Positions 26,701 through 35,691 of a DNA stretch of 47,489 nt are shown here, one piece after another. The notes under the pieces are model-generated. The model made no database searches and was not told the origin of the DNA. It was given only the letters and a program-made list of their open reading frames with translations. Source of the stretch: a bacterium (GTDB taxonomy: Bacteria; Omnitrophota; Gorgyraeia; Gygaellales; Profunditerraquicolaceae); NCBI GenBank assembly GCA_004298075.1, contig SCRK01000215.1, positions 1 through 47,489 on the forward strand. Direction: 5' to 3'. Numbering within the stretch: the first letter of the stretch is position 1; the number at the start of each line of letters is the position of its first letter. Made by a program: the position numbers and the translations under genes.

Positions 26701-28481
26701 TGCCTATCCTGAATAGATTTTAAAAAACCAAGCCATTCTTTACGCCAACTTTTAGAAGAATGCGCGAATTGACAACAAAATTCTTTTCTGACGGCCTGAA
26801 GTTGATCTCCTTCCCACCAGCTTTTAGGATCAACCCAAACCTTATTGACTTTTTTTGCTGCCGAGTAGGGATCATCATGCAAGATCCCCACGTCGCGCAA
26901 CCGATTAAAAAAAGGAGTGGCATATTCTGAAAAATTATAGTGGCTCTTGTTGCAAAACAAGATTGTAGGAACGTTTATTACCAGGGATTCCAAAAAGCTT
27001 GTATTCAGATGGTCAATTACTACAAGTCGCGCTTGGGAAAATTTAGTTGTCAATCTTCCACCGATCAAGAATTGGTCTTGATTAAGAATTCTACTAAGAA
27101 ATTCCTTCTCATTGGTGCCATAATCTTCAAAGTATGGCCTATATTTGATACTTTTCATAATGCTTGTTTCAAGTGTTTTCAAAAATTTAAGTTTATTGCT
27201 AAAATAATCTGTAAGTTGCTCAGGCGTAAGGAATGTAGCTAATCGGTACATATATGCGGGAGAAATCGTACCGACAAAAATTAAAGTATGTTCCTTCTCT
27301 TTGTGTTGTTTAAGTTTGCTAAGCATTGGCGAAGGCAAGGCATAATACTTGCTAGAAGTATATACATTATCGTGTTTCCATCCCCAGGTAATAAATTCAC
27401 CTCCCGTTGCATACTCTACCTTCCCATTTGGTAAAGATAATAATTGTCCGTATCCTCCGCCATGCTGAACAGATATCCACCGGCCGCCATTTTCTAAAAT
27501 ACTGCCTATTTGGGATGCTTTTTTAGCGGATGTATATATGTCATTACCAATCCAGATGTTTATTTTTGGAGTAATATTTTTTTTCGTTTCATAGCTTACT
27601 AAAAGGCTGTCTGGAAGATATTTTAATAGTAATCCCTCTATAATTTCCTCGAATTTATTACAAGCTCCAAATTCTAAATTGAATTTAGTTATACCTTCTC
27701 TATTGCCCTTAATAACCCGCCCGCCTTTTTCTTCGATCTTCTTAAGAAATAATCCTGGTTTGCATGCGAATTGAATACGAAACCTATCAAAAACGGACAT
27801 CCCATATATTAATCCTAGATGCACTGACGAGTTTTTAAGATTCAACTCATCTGTATAATTAAAAACTGACTTCGCCGATGATTTCAGGAAATCAACAACT
27901 CTATTTTTTACTTTACCGGAGTTCTCCCCTAAAATCTCAAGTGAGTATGCGCCTTGAGTACAATCTATTTCTTCATAACCAAGAAAATCAAATTGCCCGG
28001 ACTTAATAATCTCCGACATTAATGATAAGTTATAATAATGGCTTTCATTTATTTTCTTAGCAAAATCCCAGAAATCATTACTAGCGGCATCATGATTCTT
28101 CAATATTTTTACCATGAATCTATTTTGTAAGCAGCCAACATTTTCTAGACGCTTATACCTATCATATAACATACCTAAACAATGAGTAAGCCATAATATC
28201 GTGCAAGCCCTCCAGTATGCTTCGTTATGCGTAACATTAAAGAATTCATTCATGATCTCAGTTAATCTAGGAATTATACGGTCGGAAAGTGAATCAATGT
28301 ACAAAGATGCTTCCAGGATATCCGTGGGGTTTTGCCAAGGCGAAGGAGCGAGTTTAAATCTATTTTGTTCCCAGAATTTGCGCTTCGGATTATGTGAAAA
28401 GCACCAGGGCCCAAAAAACAGAGCGCTCTCTTCATCTTGAGGCCAAAAATCTTTATAACCGGTTAAAATTAGTTCGCGCAT
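26697..28481 (-). CDS. Large putative transferase, LIC12162-family-like (uncharacterised family seen in O-antigen loci)
   Basis: 594 aa. The N-terminus LILTGYKDFWPQDEESALFFGPWCF matches my recollection of the LIC12162 family opening (L.TT....TW......FLGEWC). The C-terminal part (LIFVGT...RLVVIDHLNTSFLESLVINVPTILF) looks GT-B-like. The assignment is from memory only. Confidence 0.45.
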   Translation of the reverse strand: MRELILTGYKDFWPQDEESALFFGPWCFSHNPKRKFWEQNRFKLAPSPWQNPTDILEASLYIDSLSDRIIPRLTEIMNEFFNVTHNEAYWRACTILWLTHCLGMLYDRYKRLENVGCLQNRFMVKILKNHDAASNDFWDFAKKINESHYYNLSLMSEIIKSGQFDFLGYEEIDCTQGAYSLEILGENSGKVKNRVVDFLKSSAKSVFNYTDELNLKNSSVHLGLIYGMSVFDRFRIQFACKPGLFLKKIEEKGGRVIKGNREGITKFNLEFGACNKFEEIIEGLLLKYLPDSLLVSYETKKNITPKINIWIGNDIYTSAKKASQIGSILENGGRWISVQHGGGYGQLLSLPNGKVEYATGGEFITWGWKHDNVYTSSKYYALPSPMLSKLKQHKEKEHTLIFVGTISPAYMYRLATFLTPEQLTDYFSNKLKFLKTLETSIMKSIKYRPYFEDYGTNEKEFLSRILNQDQFLIGGRLTTKFSQARLVVIDHLNTSFLESLVINVPTILFCNKSHYNFSEYATPFFNRLRDVGILHDDPYSAAKKVNKVWVDPKSWWEGDQLQAVRKEFCCQFAHSSKSWRKEWLGFLKSIQDRQ

Positions 28482-28489
28482 TATATATT

Positions 28490-29533
28490 TTAATTATGAT
28501 TAATTATAGCTATTACTCTCTCCCTGCCCCGGCCATCTAATAAAGTGCGGCTTAATTTAGATATAGATTTCCTCATTCTATTGTCGCCGATATAAGTTAC
28601 CAACGCACTGACAACCCTATTCGGGGAAACCGCATCATCCCACCGACCAATATTTAAACTTCCGGTACGCGTAGAATACTCTTTAGCGACTTTGCTTTCA
28701 TGCTCAATAGAAGGGGCAATGACTGCCGGCCTGCCTAAATAGGCGCATTCATATAGAGTGCGGCCTGCAGAAGTTATTACAATATCCTGTTTACTCAGCA
28801 ATTTCAGGAAATCATGGGGATTCTTAACTATTTTAAAATTTTTATCATTACCAACAAGGCCATGCACTACCTTATCATCGCTATAAGACGGCCCTAATAT
28901 AATATTAAATTTACAACCTAAAGGCTTGGTATTACGTAGCACTTGGATAACCTTTAATGTCAAACCAGCAGGATCTGATCCGCCCATAGTTATCATAATT
29001 TCCCTAACCTTATCGCGTATTGGCATTACTATGGATTTCTTTGCCATGACAAAATAATCTAAACCTAGGTATTTCTTTGTCTTGAGGCTCAAACGAGCAT
29101 ATGCCATAAACTTACTTACTAATGAATCATTAACTAGGATATCAGGACTAGAAGAACATTTACCTAGCACGTCAAACACAATAGTACCTATCTTATTATT
29201 CCGGGCATATTTGTATAAAAATTTATAGGGGTCAACAAGTAGATCGACGATTATTTTCCATGGTTTATATTTTTCGCAAAGTTCTATTATAGAATCATCG
29301 CTATTGTCATCAGTAGAGATCGTTACAACAGGTACTTTCTTTGCTTTAACGAATTTAACGCCATCGGCATAATCCTTCATCACAAATATAGGCTGGCAGT
29401 CACTTGGCAATCCCTTTGCGACCAGCAGGCATCTATTAATATGCCCCATAGAAACACCCCAAACCTTACCGCCGTCAACTCTAAAGAGAATTATTTTTTT
29501 CATACTAACTTTACTATCTCTAGACAATGTCAT
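28490..29533 (-). CDS. PseG/SpsG-like GT-B protein (nucleotide-sugar hydrolase/glycosyltransferase-28-C-like)
   Basis: 347 aa. Contains IILFRVDGGKVWGVSMGHINRCLLVAKGL (compare PseG: R.D.....G.GH..RC..LA), ITMGGSDPAGLT and ITSAGRTLYECAYLGRPAVIAP. Confidence 0.6.
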   Translation of the reverse strand: MTLSRDSKVSMKKIILFRVDGGKVWGVSMGHINRCLLVAKGLPSDCQPIFVMKDYADGVKFVKAKKVPVVTISTDDNSDDSIIELCEKYKPWKIIVDLLVDPYKFLYKYARNNKIGTIVFDVLGKCSSSPDILVNDSLVSKFMAYARLSLKTKKYLGLDYFVMAKKSIVMPIRDKVREIMITMGGSDPAGLTLKVIQVLRNTKPLGCKFNIILGPSYSDDKVVHGLVGNDKNFKIVKNPHDFLKLLSKQDIVITSAGRTLYECAYLGRPAVIAPSIEHESKVAKEYSTRTGSLNIGRWDDAVSPNRVVSALVTYIGDNRMRKSISKLSRTLLDGRGRERVIAIINHN

Positions 29534-30536
29534 CCGTTGTAATTAAACCCATTTTAGGAATATTGCGTTTAACTCTTTTACCTTTTATGCTAGACCAGTC
29601 GGTAACCTTACTGTTCTCGGCAGATGGCGCGTAAAACAACACATCCCCATCATTAAGAACTGCTCCAGACTTTATCTCAGCAGAAGCATACATACCTCTA
29701 CGCTTATATAGCCGTGGGTTAAACTCGCATGTTGCCGGCTCTTTATGGCCGCTACCAAAAGCTTTTTCTGTTTCCCTGACTGCCTTGATAAAATTTTTTA
29801 GATCAGTAGGATCCATTGAGCACCTTTGGTCAGGCCCGGGTAATGACTTATCGACGGTAAAATGTTTTTCGATTATATTTGCGCCTAGCACGAACGCCGC
29901 AAAGGGGATATGCATGCCTTCGGTATGATCGGAATACCCAATAGGACAATTCAATTTCTCTTTCATTGTCTTTATAGCTAAAAGATTGCAAGATTCTGCA
30001 GGAGCAGGATAACAGGATGTGCAATGTAAAACTATATACTCAAGATTCCCTGTCTCTTCAACCCACCTTAGAGTTTCTTTTACCTCCTCCATAGTGCTCA
30101 TGCCAGAAGATAGCAAAATTGGTTTTTTTAACGATGCTGCCTTTTGAATTAAATCTTTATAATTGAAATCCATGGCTGCAATTTTTATAAGCGCAGGATT
30201 TTGTTTCTCAATGAAATCTAAGCTGAGGAATTCTTCTGGGGTTGAGAACAAATTTATCCCTTTTCCCCTGGCGAAACCCCATATTTCCTCCTCTTTTTCA
30301 TGAGGTATTTCAGCTTCAATATCATAGCGATAATCGGGATGGCTCGGGTGGAGGAACTCTTTTGTTATAAAAGTCTGAATCTTCACCGCGTCTGCTCCAG
30401 ATTCCCAAGCTGCTGCGATCATTTTCTTCGCAAGCGAGACGTCCCCGTTATGGTTTATGCCGATCTCAGCAACTATATAAACCGGGTGACCGTCGCCGAC
30501 CATTTTGTTGCCTATTCTCACTGATCTCATAATCAA
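29520..30536 (-). CDS. Nonulosonic acid synthase (NeuB/PseI/LegI family: N-acetylneuraminate/pseudaminate/legionaminate synthase)
   Basis: 338 aa. Contains PVYIVAEIGINHNGDVSLAKKMIAAAWESGADAVKIQTF, LSSGMSTMEEV, LHCTSCYPAP and SDHT. The C-terminal SAF domain reads RRGMYASAEIKSGAVLNDGDV. Confidence 0.9.
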   Translation of the reverse strand: MIMRSVRIGNKMVGDGHPVYIVAEIGINHNGDVSLAKKMIAAAWESGADAVKIQTFITKEFLHPSHPDYRYDIEAEIPHEKEEEIWGFARGKGINLFSTPEEFLSLDFIEKQNPALIKIAAMDFNYKDLIQKAASLKKPILLSSGMSTMEEVKETLRWVEETGNLEYIVLHCTSCYPAPAESCNLLAIKTMKEKLNCPIGYSDHTEGMHIPFAAFVLGANIIEKHFTVDKSLPGPDQRCSMDPTDLKNFIKAVRETEKAFGSGHKEPATCEFNPRLYKRRGMYASAEIKSGAVLNDGDVLFYAPSAENSKVTDWSSIKGKRVKRNIPKMGLITTDDIV

Positions 30537-30548
30537 CCTCTTACTTAA

Positions 30549-31634
30549 TTAAAATACAGATGTTTTTCTGTGAAAAAACGGATAGCGAATAAATTTATTA
30601 TTGCCCCCTCTTGAAATCTCCATGATAACGTGCCTATAGCCAGATATGCCCATTTTATTTTCGTCTAAAGAAATACTATTTATTGAATCAGACACATAAT
30701 GATATGCGCAGCCTAAACCTTCGGGTAAATATTCTCTAAGATGCGAAAAAAGATAATCCTTTCCTTTTACAACGGCAGACCGTGTAATTATAAATGCCCT
30801 TCCTTTGCTTGTGAGGCGCTTGTCCATTTCGCTTAGAATATTTAAGGTTATGCCCAAGCCGAACGGCTCACCACCGTCTGAATCAACCGGTCCCGCATCA
30901 GTGTGCCTAAAAGAAATGAAGGGCGGATTTGAAACTATTAAGTCAAACCGGGTATCCGCTTTTTCAAATAATGATGCGCAAGTAAAATTGCAATTCCGTA
31001 CGTTATTTAAACTGGCATTCAACCTGGCTAATTCAACGGCCTTTTTATTAATATCCGTGCCTATAACATTCTTACAAAAATGGGCTATGGATATTGCTTG
31101 TACACCCACACCGCAACATAAATCAATTCCGTTCTCGAAATAAAAAGACAGATCATTTAGTCTTCTCTTTAGAAACGAAGCAAAGTATAAAGAATCGTAG
31201 CTAAGAAAGGTAAAACCGGGATCAGTTCTATCAAACCTGGAGGTTATAAAGTATAAGCCATTGTACGGCACAATCCTATAGGCAAAGCGCCATATTTTTT
31301 CTTCGATTTCACAAATCATGCCTTCGCTTATCCAACCATCTATGACATTCTTAGTGAAAAACCGTTCCCACTCTTTAATGGAGAAGTCCTTATTGATGAA
31401 GAAAGCGTCACGGATAAAATTCAAACCTTTATCTAAACCCAACTTCAAATACAAAGTAGGCTTAAGCGATATGGAAAAAATGTTGTTCCCGTTTAAAGAG
31501 AATCGACTAAAAACACCAATTTCATTTAATATCAGTGGAACAGAAAACAGGTACTTCCTGAGGGGATACCGTTTTAATCGGTCATAGCCTTTTTCCCTTA
31601 ATGAATCTACCAAACATTTCATCTCTTTAGACAT
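30549..31634 (-). CDS. SAM-dependent methyltransferase with an NPPF (amino-group methyltransferase) motif
   Basis: 361 aa. Contains GIDLCCGVGVQAISIA (motif I) and FDLIVSNPPFISF (motif IV N/D-PP-F/Y, as in HemK/PrmC, m6A and m2G methyltransferases). Confidence 0.7.
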   Translation of the reverse strand: MSKEMKCLVDSLREKGYDRLKRYPLRKYLFSVPLILNEIGVFSRFSLNGNNIFSISLKPTLYLKLGLDKGLNFIRDAFFINKDFSIKEWERFFTKNVIDGWISEGMICEIEEKIWRFAYRIVPYNGLYFITSRFDRTDPGFTFLSYDSLYFASFLKRRLNDLSFYFENGIDLCCGVGVQAISIAHFCKNVIGTDINKKAVELARLNASLNNVRNCNFTCASLFEKADTRFDLIVSNPPFISFRHTDAGPVDSDGGEPFGLGITLNILSEMDKRLTSKGRAFIITRSAVVKGKDYLFSHLREYLPEGLGCAYHYVSDSINSISLDENKMGISGYRHVIMEISRGGNNKFIRYPFFHRKTSVF

Positions 31635-31644
31635 TTACCAGTTC

Positions 31645-32664
31645 TCAATTTGACTTACCCTCTGGTTTATTGCCAAGTTGCTCTGTAGAAGGCCTGTGAC
31701 ATTTCTTACAGCACGGAATAGATAGCCTCTCTTTATTCAATTGTATCTTTCTGTATCTTTCCATTTCTTCCCCAAGCCAAATATCCTTTATTGTTTGTGT
31801 CGCCAAATCACCTATTTTTGTATCAAGGTTCCAGTCAGAAATACAAAGTGGCACCTTGCCGTTCCAAGTAATAGTAATCCTCTGCCAAGGGTACTGACAA
31901 ATAAAATTACTATCCTGGGGGACTTCTCTAAGTGAATAATCGTTTTCCGGATCAAAATTTATTTTATCGGTAAAATCTTTAAAGTGGTTGTAATATGCTT
32001 TCGGGTCTTCCTTGATATAAGTCCATATCGCCTGAATCTTAAGTAAAGGAAAACCATCCCCTATCCTGTTTTTTAGTATATAAAATTCTTTTAGCTTTCT
32101 AGAAATTCCTTTAAATGTACTAGGCTGCCTCAGAGTATTATAATGTTTTTCTAAGCCATCTACGGATACAGTCAGATAATCAAGGCCTGCTCTTATAAGG
32201 CCTTCAGCAAGTTTCCCTTCCAAAAGGCTACCGTTAGTAATAAAAGAAACTTCCTTTATTCCTTTCTCTTTGGCGTATTTTATCATTTCAACTATAGCTG
32301 GGTTTAGAGTCGATTCTCCTCTCCAGCTAAGCCGGATTGAGTAAAGTCCATACTTGGCACATTCGTCTATGCCCTTACGATAAAGATCAAAATCCATATC
32401 CCCGTAATCTTTTCTGTCTATGTGCGGCCTGAAACACATTGGGCAGCTAAGGTTGCACCTAAAACTTGCTTCAAAATCAACATGAAGCGGAAAAGGAGCT
32501 ATGTATTGCCATTTAGGATAATTGAACCACTGATAACGATTGATGCAATAATCATTAAAGAATCTTCTCTTTTCCTCCCACAATCTCTCACGCTCATAAG
32601 AATCAAGAGAAAATTGATGGTGATTTATTTTCATCTCCTGCTGTGCAGTATCTACTTTCGACAC
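31645..32664 (-). CDS. Radical SAM protein with an abbreviated SPASM/Twitch-like domain (paralog B)
   Basis: 339 aa. Has FEASFRCNLSCPMCFR (CxxxCxxC), then CQYPWQRITITWNGKVPLC (C-x12-G-x4-C) and CCKKC. Confidence 0.85.
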   Translation of the reverse strand: MSKVDTAQQEMKINHHQFSLDSYERERLWEEKRRFFNDYCINRYQWFNYPKWQYIAPFPLHVDFEASFRCNLSCPMCFRPHIDRKDYGDMDFDLYRKGIDECAKYGLYSIRLSWRGESTLNPAIVEMIKYAKEKGIKEVSFITNGSLLEGKLAEGLIRAGLDYLTVSVDGLEKHYNTLRQPSTFKGISRKLKEFYILKNRIGDGFPLLKIQAIWTYIKEDPKAYYNHFKDFTDKINFDPENDYSLREVPQDSNFICQYPWQRITITWNGKVPLCISDWNLDTKIGDLATQTIKDIWLGEEMERYRKIQLNKERLSIPCCKKCHRPSTEQLGNKPEGKSN

Positions 32665-32672
32665 GTACCCTC

Positions 32673-33392
32673 CTATATTATATTGCTTAAAGCTTTTGCT
32701 AAATCTTTGAATGCGAAATTTAATGGCAAGTTATTCTCTTTTAAAAAACTCTTAGCCTTTTTGAGATCTTCTGCTGTATCAATGGAAAGTTTAAATCTTG
32801 AATAATCGCGCCTGAGGTTATGATTATAGTAGCGTATCCTATAACGTGTAGGCCTGTTCAAGAAAAAATTATTTACGTGTTCCCGCTCTTCTTTCAATTT
32901 AGCCTCTTGTTGGGCTTCCTGTAACATCTTAGATGTAAATATTTCAACATCCGTACCTTCTGGAAAATTAGTAGCTTGCCTATTGCTCAAATAATCTATA
33001 TCTTTCATATTAAAAAGATAGTATTTCACCATTTCATCAACGATATCAGGGAGAATAAAAGGGCAATCAGAAGTTATACGAATCACAATATCTAAACCAA
33101 ACTTATCTGCCGCCTTATAATAACGCTTAATGCAATCATCTTCACTCCCTCGATAAAAATCCTGTTTTCTTTTTTTAAGCCATCTCTCCAGAATATCATC
33201 TTTTGGATTTGTAGTAGTAGCTACAATTATTTTATCGACAAAGCTGCACCCTGATAGTCGTTTTAACAAATATCCCAGAATGCTTTCGCTATCCACAAGC
33301 TTCATCAAAACTTTACCTGGGAGACGAGTAGAGCCCATTCTTGCCTGAACAATTATGCCGACTTTTTTATTAATACCTCTTGGGAAGTACAT
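32673..33392 (-). CDS. SpsF-like cytidylyltransferase (CTP_transf_3 family)
   Basis: 239 aa. Contains VGIIVQARMGSTRLPGKVLMKL, IIVATT and RITSDCPF, typical of SpsF-type cytidylyltransferases. Confidence 0.75.
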   Translation of the reverse strand: MYFPRGINKKVGIIVQARMGSTRLPGKVLMKLVDSESILGYLLKRLSGCSFVDKIIVATTTNPKDDILERWLKKRKQDFYRGSEDDCIKRYYKAADKFGLDIVIRITSDCPFILPDIVDEMVKYYLFNMKDIDYLSNRQATNFPEGTDVEIFTSKMLQEAQQEAKLKEEREHVNNFFLNRPTRYRIRYYNHNLRRDYSRFKLSIDTAEDLKKAKSFLKENNLPLNFAFKDLAKALSNII

Positions 33393-34692
33393 CTATAGCT
33401 ACTTTTCCTTTTAATAAGGATTCAACATTCCCATGTTTAAGTGCGTTTTTAATAATACCTAACACCTCGGAAGCAACAGCGATACTATGATCAATATCTT
33501 TCGGGGTGTGGGAAAATGATATAAAATGTCCGTATCCTAAGAATACACCTCTGACAAGGCATTCTTGGCGAAATACCGTTTCTAGTAGTTCCTCCGATAC
33601 ACCGGCTGCTTCTTTAAATACCAAAAACGTCTTGTGCACCATCCCTTCACACATAACATCGATCCCGCTCTCTTTCGCAGCATCATTTAAACCCTGCTTA
33701 AGCTTTAAACCAAGCGATAATATATATTCATTAACTTTTCGCTTCTTAAGGATATCAATTGTCTTAATGGCTGCTGCTATCGATAAAAGCTCTCCGCCGT
33801 AGGTCGAAGATATAAAAACCTTCTCTTCAACTGCATTCATTATCTCTCGTTTACCGACAACTGCAGATATCGGATACCCATTTGCCATAGCTTTACCAAA
33901 AGCACTTAAATCAGGCGTAACCGAAAAATACTTCTGAGCACCTCCCAAATCTAAGCGGAAACCAGTAATTATCTCATCGAATATTAAAAGCGCGTTATTT
34001 TTCTTGGCAACCAAAGCCACTTCTTCAAGAAAATTCTCTTTAGGCAAATACATTCCCACCGGTTCCAAAATAACTGCGGCTACCTTCCCAGGATTAGTAT
34101 CAAAAATCTTAATTAATGATTCTATATCGTTATACTTAAATTCGAAAACAAGATTATTCAAGGCTTTCGGTACACCGGCATTCTTTATAGTCCTGGCTAT
34201 CGTCCAGTCATGCCAACCGTGATACCCACAGACCGCTACTATTTCCTTGCCTGTATAGGCACGCGCTATCCTAACCGCTGCAGACATCGCCTCAGAACCA
34301 CTCTTTAAAAACCTCACTCTTTCTGCAGAAGGGACAATATCACAAAGTAATTCCGCTAATTCCACTTCGGCATTATTTGAAAGACTATACAAAATGCCTT
34401 TAGACATTTGTTTCTTTACGGCTTTATCAACTTCGTCATAAGCATGGCCTAAAATTATTGGCCCTAGTGCTAAAGGATAGTCTATGTATCTATTGCCATC
34501 AGAATCCCAAAAATAAGCTCCCTTGGCTTTTTCCGCAAACACAGGACAAGTGCCGTAACCGATGCCTAATGGAGATTTAGATAATGTCAATACGCCATTA
34601 AGTAATAACTTATTTGCCTTTTCCCAAAGTTTATAAGACTTTTTGTATCTACCCGAATTATTCATAGAGACCGCCTCATTCATAAAACTCAC
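33370..34692 (-). CDS. Class III PLP aminotransferase, glutamate-1-semialdehyde 2,1-aminomutase-like
   Basis: 440 aa. Contains GSEAMSAAVRIARAYTG, LIFDEIITGFR and SAFGKAMANGYPISAVVG (PLP lysine). Confidence 0.85.
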   Translation of the reverse strand: MSFMNEAVSMNNSGRYKKSYKLWEKANKLLLNGVLTLSKSPLGIGYGTCPVFAEKAKGAYFWDSDGNRYIDYPLALGPIILGHAYDEVDKAVKKQMSKGILYSLSNNAEVELAELLCDIVPSAERVRFLKSGSEAMSAAVRIARAYTGKEIVAVCGYHGWHDWTIARTIKNAGVPKALNNLVFEFKYNDIESLIKIFDTNPGKVAAVILEPVGMYLPKENFLEEVALVAKKNNALLIFDEIITGFRLDLGGAQKYFSVTPDLSAFGKAMANGYPISAVVGKREIMNAVEEKVFISSTYGGELLSIAAAIKTIDILKKRKVNEYILSLGLKLKQGLNDAAKESGIDVMCEGMVHKTFLVFKEAAGVSEELLETVFRQECLVRGVFLGYGHFISFSHTPKDIDHSIAVASEVLGIIKNALKHGNVESLLKGKVAIDVLPKRY

Positions 34693-35680
34693 TTTTTTTT
34701 GTAAGCCAGCTGGTCAAATCACCAATTGACACCCAAACAACACAATCTCTGCAAATCTTATGATTATCATATTCTTTTTCTATCTGATAGCGCCTCACAT
34801 CTTTTATGGCTTTTGAATTCCAGATCTCATGAAGCGTATTTTTCTTCGCATCGCCTACTTTTATCTCTGTGTTCCAATCTACAGAACACACAGTGGCTTC
34901 GCCGTTCCAGTTAATCACTAACGCATACCACATTATTACGCAGGGATACCTTGATTGAGAATTTTCATCAGTAACCTTAACGTTTTTTATAGCACCGCCC
35001 CAGCTATGTATTCCGGTAACTTGCACAAAATCCGCGATCCCTTCCCATCTAGCAAAAAACTCGGCGATTTCATCTTTAGAAACTTCGGCGAATTCCATAA
35101 TCTTAACCCTAATAAAAGGCTTATGTAATCCTCTTTTATCCCTTTTTTCTAAGAGAAGACGCACATTTCTCTCAACCTTGGATAAACAATTAACTCCCTT
35201 ATGTTTTTTAAAGGTAGTGGCCCTTGCCGCATCAATGCTGACAGTTATATCATCTATCCCAGAGTCAATAATTTCATCCATAAGCTTATCTGTCCACGAT
35301 AATGCGTTAGTATTGATATGAATCGTTTTGGCCACATTTTTCTTCTTGGCGTAACGAACCATCTCTAAAAAACGGGGATGCAGGAATGATTCACCGTCTT
35401 TATGAAAATTAAGCATGAGCAGCTTCTTATATTTTGACGCTTCATCAATGATCCGGGTGTAAAGCTTCCAATCCATTAACCCTACGCCTTTTGACGCCCT
35501 AGTCCGCGGGCAATAGACGCACTTTAAATTACAACGATTAGTTGGTTCGATATTTAGCACATTCGGAAAATCATTATTAATAACCCGTTTAATCGTGGAT
35601 GCCTTAAGACAGGTCAATGTGCCTTTTACATAATCGGCATTAAGCGCTTTGTGATATTTTTTTGTAGGCCCTCTTCCCAT
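34676..35680 (-). CDS. Radical SAM protein with an abbreviated SPASM/Twitch-like domain (paralog C)
   Basis: 334 aa. Has NIEPTNRCNLKCVYCPR (CxxxCxxC), then CVIMWYALVINWNGEATVC (C-x12-G-x4-C) and CRDC. Confidence 0.85.
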   Translation of the reverse strand: MGRGPTKKYHKALNADYVKGTLTCLKASTIKRVINNDFPNVLNIEPTNRCNLKCVYCPRTRASKGVGLMDWKLYTRIIDEASKYKKLLMLNFHKDGESFLHPRFLEMVRYAKKKNVAKTIHINTNALSWTDKLMDEIIDSGIDDITVSIDAARATTFKKHKGVNCLSKVERNVRLLLEKRDKRGLHKPFIRVKIMEFAEVSKDEIAEFFARWEGIADFVQVTGIHSWGGAIKNVKVTDENSQSRYPCVIMWYALVINWNGEATVCSVDWNTEIKVGDAKKNTLHEIWNSKAIKDVRRYQIEKEYDNHKICRDCVVWVSIGDLTSWLTKKSEFYE

Positions 35681-35691
35681 TTTATCTTCTA

